Shown here in pieces: positions 54,637 through 64,000 of a stretch of 64,000 nt of DNA. The notes under the pieces are model-generated. The model made no database searches. It saw only the letters and a list, made by a program, of their open reading frames with translations, and had not been told where the DNA came from. Source of the stretch: Octopus vulgaris (Eukaryota); NCBI GenBank assembly GCA_951406725.2, contig OX597839.1, forward strand, positions 558,001 to 622,000, in the 5' to 3' direction. Each line of letters opens with the position of its first letter. Positions within the stretch are counted from its first letter, which is position 1. A program made the translations under genes and the position numbers.

Positions 54637-55969
54637 AAAAAATGAAGTTCGAAAATGCTGCTATATTAGACAAATTTTCAGTTTTTATATATACATCATA
54701 ACATGTTTCGGTTCTTGAAATGATGAACCTTATCAAAAAAAGTTATATATAGAAAAAGATAGTTCATGCTATCAAATATAAAAAATTCATTCATAATATA
54801 CAATAGAGTCAGACATCAAAATTCATATATAGTGAAGTGAGTTCGTTCATGCTATATGTTTAAAGAGTATGATGCAGTGGTTCATAGTGGTGATATGCAT
54901 CTCTTATTATAAAAGGCAGATTTTATCTGCCTCCCTTTGTAAGTTATAGAAATCTACAATATAGGATTTCTTCAATTACAATTTACCTAGCATTTTTAAG
55001 AGTAGAATGCATCGGGTCATGCCAGGTCCGGTTTTTAAAATTTCAACCCCAATTAAGCAAAATTTAGAGAAAACTCATATTCTGGTGTATATGTCAAATG
55101 TTTTTCTTAATGTGAGATACACCACACGCAAACGCACACACACACAAAGGGAGCGACTGTTTCACTGACGCTATCACCCTTCTCCTCCTTTGTCTTTGCA
55201 AGTTTGCAGCTATTAAAGTGAAAACAGTGAATCCGACAGCGATTAAGAAAATGAATTGGTACCTGAATGGAGTGAAAATTTAAAAACTGTTTCTTTCGGT
55301 GATTTTTCTGAAGAAACTGCACCAAGCCACAGACTTTCCCAGAAGAGTATAAAGCCTTAAACTATTTCTTTTTACTTTTTCGAATGAGCCTATTTGAAAT
55401 CATTACGCTAAACGTAAACAAGGCGAAAGAAAGGATAGTTTGTTATTTCCCACAACCTTAAATTAAATTAAGGCCTATTTTGCCATAAATATTATTATGG
55501 GTATCAGAAAGTTACCTAGAATAACAAATTCTATCGTAAAATTTTGTTGTATACCCAATTGAATATTAGCTAATAACCCATTTTCTATAGCAATGTTTGA
55601 ACAAAATTTTAATAATTTTATATATTGTTGAATTTACCTGTATCTACCTGCAATTAGAGTCACTTTGTGACAAAAATTATAGTGTAGAATTGGTTGAGAA
55701 TATTTCATTAAATTATCTTCCAAAAATCAGATTAATATATTGATAAATAAAAAAGTTATAGTTGCTTAATGAAACCAGACTAAATTTATGATTACGTTAG
55801 AAATTAATTGAAACACATAAGGGGTGTAATTTGGTCAGAAATATAGTAACGAAAGGGTTAAGAAAAACAAAAAAATATTTTATTCTTTATAAATGTTGTA
55901 TTCAAAGTAACATTTTCTTTTAAGAATGTGTATATAACAAAGTATGTGTATATAACTACGTGACTTATA

Positions 55970-56366
55970 TCTTTATATATAAGAGTGAAGTTGTGTGTCT
56001 GTCTCCTACGATTTAGATTCGTAACGACTCCCACATTTTGCGGTGCAGTGTAACCAAAACCGGGTATCTTATAGTCGTGATTCATATCGAGCCCTTCTGG
56101 GTATTAGCGCGCGTCTACGATGAGTCTACGATTTTAAAAAAATTACCATCATATGTTTCCATTTTAATGCATTTTTTTTTGCTATTATGTAAGGGAAGTA
56201 ACTCTCTAAAAATATCTACGATGTGTCAACGATTTAAAAAGAAATTTATCTTAATTTTTTTCCATTTTTAATGCATTTTTTTCCTATTTTTTGGCTATAA
56301 CTCTCTAAAAATGCTTATATAGTTATTTCCCTTACAAACCCGAGCAACGCCGGGCGATACTGCTAG
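55970..56366 (+). mobile_element. complete non-autonomous Helitron
   Basis: A|TC...CCCGAGCAACGCCGGG hairpin...CTAG|T. Confidence 0.85.
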
Positions 56367-56464
56367 TTCAATATAAAAAATAGATCAAAGTAGTAATATG
56401 CAGTCAATATAAAAAATTGATGTTCCTGAAAGAGCGAGGAATTCATTTTAGATTTTACCTTGAG

Positions 56465-56525
56465 TAACTGTGATGACTTTTGGTCGGTGTCCGCTGCGAA
56501 CACCGACCAAAAGTCAACACAGTTA
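56465..56525. other. near-perfect 26-bp hairpin
   Basis: TAACTGTGATGACTTTTGGTCGGTGT / ACACCGACCAAAAGTCAACACAGTTA, 1 mismatch, 9-nt loop. Confidence 0.9.
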
Positions 56526-56622
56526 TTTCTAAAGTTATTTCTGCTATTTCTAAAGTTGGGTCCGTGGTGAAGCAAATTTTTTTTGCCCAACCCTTATAAC
56601 TATACTCATAATTATAAAAAAG

Positions 56623-56753
<131 letters not shown>

Positions 56754-59700
56754 CGTTGAAGCATCTTCCCTTCACTTAGCAATGAAACTGCACAGAACAA
56801 AACAAGGTCACCATACTCTGGTTCAAATCCTTCTAAGATGTCTTGCACATTTCGGCCAAATGCCGCTGAGTTTCCCGTGTTTCTGCAGTCGTTATTGGCA
56901 TTTAGTGACATAGTGCCCCACTTTCTAAGAGTTGTGGCATACCGTCGAAGTAGGTGCTGCAGTCTACCCTGTGTTTCGGACTGCCATCCATCCCAAACAG
57001 TTGGGCGAAGTGCTGCTGAAACACCCCCATACATCTACTTCGGCTCGTGTACTATGCGCACATTTTGATCAACCAAACACCGAAATGTGACTTTGATGAC
57101 ATGTTGCACCTCTGCCACTCGAGCAGTTTTCTTCCCCTCTTCTTTAAGAGCTTGCAACTTGTTATGTGTGTACACACACATGTACACACATAACAACACA
57201 CACACACACATGTGTGTGTATGTGTTTGTCTGTGTGTAAGCTTGTGTGTGTATGTATGTGTTTATACGACAGGACCTTTTCACCTTCCATCCGCATAAAA
57301 GGTTTTCGTTGACCCGAAGCAATTTTAGAAGACACTCAAGCTGCCAGGCTGTGGGCCTAGACTCGAGACCATGTTTTTGAGAAGCTAAATTCTTTCCATA
57401 TTGCTACTCCTACACAGCTAGAAAGCCCCTGTTCCTTCTGGATATCTTGTTTTGATGGTTTTGTAATGGCTTTAATGTGTGTTGGTGTGTTGTTTCTCGA
57501 GATAATAAAGTCGGTGTCTGTGATACTTGTATCGTTATATATGTGATCCATTAGCTCTTTATTGTACGTGTTTATTGCGTTGTAGTTGAAAATGTTTGAC
57601 AGTTGCTGGTGTTAAGATGTGCGATCTGAAAGTTGTGAGTGAGAATTGAGTTGTGCTTGTGATGGCGGTGTCTGTGATTGTCGTGGGGGACTTAGTAATA
57701 TTGGGGACGTTGTTGTTGACAGTATTGGTGAAGCTGGCAGAAACGTTAGCGCGCCGGTCGAAATGCGTAGCCGTATTTCGTCTGCCGTTACGTTCTGAGT
57801 TCAAATTCCGCCGAGGTCGACTTTGCCTTTCATACTTTCGGGGTCGATTAAATAAGAACAAGTCACGCACTGGGGTCGATGTAATCAACCTAATCCGTTT
57901 GTCTGCCCTTGTTTGTCCCCTCCGTGCTTATCCCCTAATGTGTAGTAAAGAAATATGTATTTCGTCTGTCGCTACGTTCTGAGTTCAAATTCCGCCGAGG
58001 TCAACTTTGCCTTTCATCCTTTCGGGGTCGATTAAATAAGTACCAGTTACGCACTGGAGTCGATGTAATCGACTTAATCCGTTTGTCTGCCCTTGTTTTT
58101 CCCCTCTGTGTTTAGCCCCTTGTGTGTAGTAAAGAAAAAGTATTGGTGTCGTTCCTGTCAAGGGAGGTATTTGAGAATTTGCTTTCGATGGTGTCTCCCT
58201 CCACTCGTCACACCTGCCATTTCTTGGTGCTGATGTTGGTGTTACTATGTCTCTTTTTCTTTTGTTCGATCTACCAAAATTTTGTCATTTAGACTCTTCG
58301 TGCTCCACCTCACTGCAGGACATATCTGGTTTCATGGAGAGGAAAATATGTGGAGCTTTTTGGATCTTTTCTCTTGTTGATAAAGTTCTTGGTCTTTTGT
58401 TGCTGTTGGTGCTGGTGAGTTCACTGATGTATTTCGTACAGTTGCTTCCACAGTTGTTCTTATTGTTCTTGCAGCTACTGCAGCCGGTGCTTGTGAGATT
58501 AAAGTTGCTACTACTACAGTTACTCTTGTGTTTTTATTTTCTGCTGTAGCAGTCACCTGTTTTCCTGGTGCTGTTGTTATTGTTGCGCTGGTTTGAATTC
58601 GGCAAAACTGATGGCTTAATTATCTATTTTGTTGTGGGCAGAAAGCTTTCAAGTCGTTTGTGTACCCGCACAGATAACAACTTGGCTTTCTGCTCTCAAC
58701 AACTACAAAAACTATGTTCCTTCTAGTGGGATTTATAAAGTCCTTGATAGCCTCGAAACTTTGCTGATCTGCTTCTATTTGTAGCTGCAAACCATGGGTT
58801 TTCTCTTCTAAATCTCTTCTAAAACTGTGGTTTTCTCTTCTAAGTCAAAGAGAATCGCAACCACAAACCAACAGATGTTTATTTCTCGTGGTTCGTTGAG
58901 TATTCTAATTTCGAACAATCTTCGACCGAGGTAAGATGTAGATGACGATTTCCTTCGTTCCTGCTGTAGGTAAAGTGGCACTAAAAGCAAAGAATATTAA
59001 CTTTGTAGATTTCACGAGCACTATTGTTCTTGTCGCTGTTGATGTTGTTGTTGCTGCTTTTGCTAAATCTGACAATGTCTTGGCTGGTCTCGTTTCTGGA
59101 TGACCACCTGTCCCTTTCAATGGACGAACAATTCTCGTTCACCACTTTGTTTTAGCAAAGAAATGTGTGGTGTCTCCCTACGATAAGGAACGTACTATGT
59201 TTTCGTTACAATATCCCAAATAGACAAAGTCATGTAGATTCCGAATATAGGCCATTTAAATAAAAAGTGGCAACTGTTAGTTATTTAATTAGTGGATGTA
59301 GTATTCCGGCACAGAAATAATACAAGACATGATAACCTAGGGAGAATAATCCACTGGGACTTATGTAGAATGCTAAACTTAACCATACTGATGAATGGTA
59401 TGAACATGAAGCTAGTAAAGGGATAGAAAGTAAGAAATATAAGGAATTGTGAGATCTTAACATTCAAACTGATAGAGTGACAGAAACTCTAGTTAATTGC
59501 AGCAGACAATGAGAATCGAAAGTACTGGGTAGTTGACTTTACCTTTCCAAATAAAGAGAAAGTCAGTGTGTGATGTCTAACAAAAATTGTGCAGTGGACA
59601 TTGAAAAGACGGATAGAAGAAATAATCATAAAACCTAGTTTAGTGTAGATAGAGTAAATAGTGTGATCTGGGACATTTAGGATACTTAGGAAAATTCTTG

Positions 59701-60179
59701 ACATATAAGGTTATTTGTTGTTGCTCAGCGTAAGAATGTTATTATTTTCCAACAATTTAAACTGTTGTGCATCGATAAAGTAACAATGAAAAAAATCTTT
59801 TAATTATTAACCTCTGAGTCTTCATATCAAAGCTTGGAGAAGGTAAAGGACAATACGAAACAAACAGAAAGGGATTGAGGCGATTAAAAAGAGAATCACC
59901 ATATTTATAACAATTTATAACAATTAAAATCCCCCAAATAGAGAGACTTCGAAGCACTGCTCATGGAAACCCCACAAAATCCACATACACACACAAGCTT
60001 ACGAACAGACACACACATATATATCGGAGGGTACTGTTTCTTATCGTAGAAGAAATAGCCAGGTTCTTTGGCTACTATTTCTAAAGTTAGGTCCGTGGTG
60101 AAGCTAATTTTTTTTGCCGAACCCTTATTATAATTATACTCATAATTATAAAAAAAAAAGTTATACATATATATACATA

Positions 60180-60545
60180 CTAGCAGTATCGCCCGGCGTT
60201 GCTCGGGTTTGTAAGGAAATAACTATAAAGCATTTTTAGAGAGTTATAGCCAAAAAATGGGAAAAAAATTATGATAAATTTTTTTTAGTTAAAAAGGTCG
60301 AGTTGCGTCCTCTAGACAGTCTGTGGTTTGTGTTTCTGATTCTCGACCCGATGTCGAATTTATCGATTTTTTTCAGAACTGGGGGAACTTTTCAAAATTT
60401 TCGCTGCGTTAGTTTTGAATTATGGCATTGGGCTATGTGTGTGTCAAGTTTCATCAGTATCGGTTGAAAGCTGTGGTCAGGGTGAGGGTACAACCTAACA
60501 GACACACAGAAACACACAGAGACAAACTGCCGTTTATATATATAT
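60180..60545 (-). mobile_element. non-autonomous Helitron inserted in (TA)n
   Basis: Same 3' end as 55970-56366; absent from paralogous sites at ~47835 and ~56625. Confidence 0.85.
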
Positions 60546-61270
60546 ATATATATATATTTATAAGTGTGTGTGTGTTTTTCGTTGAAGCATCTTCCCTTTA
60601 CTTAGCAATGAAACTGCACAGAACAAAACAAGGTCACCATACTCTGATTCAAGTTCTTCTAAGAAGTTTAAATTGGCGTCGTGCACATTTCGGCCAAATG
60701 CCGCTGAGTTTCCCGTGTTTCTGCAGTTGTTATTGGCATTTAGTAACATATTGCCCCACTTTCTGAGATTTGTGGCATACCGTCGAAGTAGGTACTGCAG
60801 TCCACCCTGTGTTTCGGACTGCCATCCATCCCAACAAGTTGGGCGAAGAGCTGCTGAAACACCCCCACACATCTGCTTGGGCCCGTGTACTTTGCGCACG
60901 TTTTGATCAACCAAACTCCGAAATGTAGCTTAGATGACATGTTGCACCGCTGCCACTCGAGCAGTTTTCATCGCCTCTTCTTTAAGAGCTTGAAACTTGT
61001 TATGTGTGCACACACACATGTACACACATAACAACACACACAGACGTGTGTGTGTATGTGTTTGTCTGTTCGTAAGCTTGCGTGTATATGTATGTGTTTA
61101 TACGACAGGACCTTATCAGCTTCCATCCGCATAAAAGGCTTTCGTCGACCCGAAGCAATTGTAGAAGACACTCAAGCTGCCAGGCTGTGGGACTGAACTC
61201 GAGACCATGTTTTTGAGAAGCTAAATTCTTTCCATATTGCTACACCTACACAGCTAGCTAGCTAGATAGG

Positions 61271-61380
<110 letters not shown>

Positions 61381-63804
61381 AAGATACATACATACATACA
61401 TACATACATACATACATACATACATACATAAACGATGCGTAGTAATTTGCGAATTAAAACAGGATGTAAATTAAAAATACAAAGTTTCGTTCAATCAAAA
61501 CCTCCAGAATTCGAACAATGACTACAGACTTTTTAAGTCACGAAACTGCAAAACCACAGCAGAGTATATTTACCTGTGCATGGGCGTGTATGTGTGTTAG
61601 TGGGTGAATACGCGAGCGTGTGTATCTATGTCAGTTAACAAGGAAGTATTTACATGGTTCTTTTATACAAGGTAGTATCAATGGTCCCCAGATTAGCTAT
61701 ATCATAAAACACATTTTTACCTAAGTTTAACATCATCCCCTCGGTTCCTACGTTCTTGCCACTTTTTGAATCTGTCCTGGAAGCCAAGGTCCTTCACCGA
61801 TTCGCAACCATTGAGTTACATTTTTGTCTTGGGGAAAAATATCAAGGTTCGCAATGGCTCTCATGCCTTCCGATAGTGTTATCATCTAAATTATTTTGTC
61901 TTGGTACTGCTGGACCAGGAATTACAGCAAGATAACCATAGGTGTCGGTCCAAAAATACTTCAGGAAACAAATTAATTCATCCATTCCGATTCCCAGAGG
62001 TTTCTCTAAGATGTTGTAGATCTTGCCCATCACTATTAACGAATAGAACTTCATCGTGGAACTTTCAACGACCGTGTTACTCGGGTGGCAGAAAGCTGTG
62101 AGCGCTAGCTGACACTCCAGCTTCCAAGCATCCTTTCTTGGTCTACGATTGATCCAAGACTGTGGGTCTGTGATACGGAAAATCTTATCTGACAAACGGT
62201 GACCACATACACTCAACGAAGACGAAACGCTGGATATATCGCAGCGTCAACTCACGCCCGCGCATCATTAGCCACTTCATACGCAGTCCGTCACTCAGCG
62301 GCTGTTAACAGATGATGGCCCGTCTATCTAACGTAATCGTCCCTTCCACAGAATGTGGAAGAGCAAGTGATGCTATGGAGATGCTTACCAACGCTGACCG
62401 GTCACCAGTTCCCAAGACAGAAATACAATCTCAGCCCCGCTTGTCCAACTAAAATCCTTTTCTGAAATAACTTTAAAACTTGAATATCTTCAGTTTTCTC
62501 TATAAAAATTCGCGGCCCATGATCATCCCATTTGAATTCATGTGGAATCAGAGATTCGACGTGGATTTCTGTTTCAATTATGGGGATCAATTTATGATAC
62601 GATGCCAATCATTTTTTGTAAAATGGCAGTTTTATAGAAATGGAGATATCATCCATATATACATTAGAATTTCGGCCCAATGTTCACCCTCCACGATGTG
62701 AAGGTGCGAACATTTTCAGCAGTACCCATTTCAACTGTTCTTTTATCTCAAGTTATTCCTTGATATTTTAAAATCACAGCAACAAAACCTCAAAAGTATG
62801 AGATAATGAAGGATTAATTCAAAACAAGGTAAAAGAATATGTATTTAATTTGCTAAGGGGTTAAGCTACTGCGAATGAGTTAAGCTAATGCTAAGGAGTT
62901 AAGCTAATGCTAAAGGGTTTAAATTAATGTTCAGGGGTTAAGCTAATGCTAAGCGGTAAATCTAATATTCAACGATTAGATTAATGTTAGCTGGTTAAGC
63001 TACTGTCAACGGGTTAGAATTTCGGCCCAATGTTCACTCTCCACAATATGAAGGTGCAAACATTTTCAGCAATACCCATTTATTTCAACTGTTCTTTTAT
63101 CACGAGTTATTACTTGATATTTTAAAAATGTTGTTTTGTAACTTTATACTTGCATTCATAGCTGCAATTTATTATGTCAGCAAGAAAAAATCTGAGAGAC
63201 TCAGCTAAATCAGAAGAACATTTCTAAAGACGTAGAATGGTTTTGGGGTCAAGATATTACTCTTTCTCTGCTGTCATAGTTTGATGACAAACTTTCATTA
63301 ATAATGCCAACTCCCCTTCATACAGTTACCATAGCTCTTGCTGACGATATAAAAAAGCAGAAACGAAGGAATTCAAAGAGAACTTCTTCAGTAAACATAA
63401 GACCGCTGCATATCAATTCAACCACTTAACACACACCTACCCACTTCATCTAAATATCATCTGTGCCACACTGGTAGAACGATATCGCAGCTAAAGACCA
63501 ATCAGAACCATAGCATGCAGCCTTATATAAGGTCGGGCAGATGCAGAATAATGGGAATCATTTTGTGATTTACTAGAACATTGCTTTGAAAGTAAATCTG
63601 TATACGGTCGAATTTATTTCCATTTCATTTTTCTTGATGATCTGACGACGCAGTAAATATATAACAGCATCCAAACGAACAGCACCAAATTCTCAACCAC
63701 GTATTCAACAGCATAGAAAATGCACACGTAAGCAGAATTCCAGCCATAATTTTAACCATGATATATCAAGTACATGCTCAATTAATATCTTGTTTACACA
63801 ATAT

Positions 63805-63962
<158 letters not shown>

Positions 63963-64000
63963 CGCCATGTTGAATCGTTAGCTCCTGCACGCATTTTTTT

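Overview
AT-rich, repeat-saturated eukaryotic DNA. The tRNA-derived SINE families and dense (TA)n/(CA)n/(AAT)n/(GATA)n microsatellites look like an octopus/coleoid cephalopod genome (inferred from recalled repeat sequences, not searched). Most ORF-track entries are microsatellite or SINE read-through. The only host-gene evidence is one clean 258-bp GT-AG exon (16092-16349) with a stop-containing candidate exon just upstream. The rest is mobile DNA: a near full-length Naiad-type Penelope-like element (RT + GIY-YIG) with tandem and inverted pLTRs carrying hammerhead-like motifs, a fragmented L1/Tx1-like LINE with nested CR1, SINE and MITE, R4/Dong-like fragments, Helitrons, hAT and piggyBac-type MITEs, and mariner remnants. 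The region is also a mosaic of direct and inverted local duplications. Most notable: (1) a GC-rich, structured ~440-bp RTE-5'UTR-like insert with ~21-bp terminal redundancy; (2) a 19-bp minisatellite apparently grown from a piggyBac-type MITE end; (3) several hammerhead-like motifs with variant cores; (4) a repeated cassette hiding an unidentified decayed minus-strand ORF; (5) a 26-bp near-perfect hairpin. I cannot show a genuinely new biological system from sequence alone. Coordinates were counted by hand and decayed-element boundaries are approximate.
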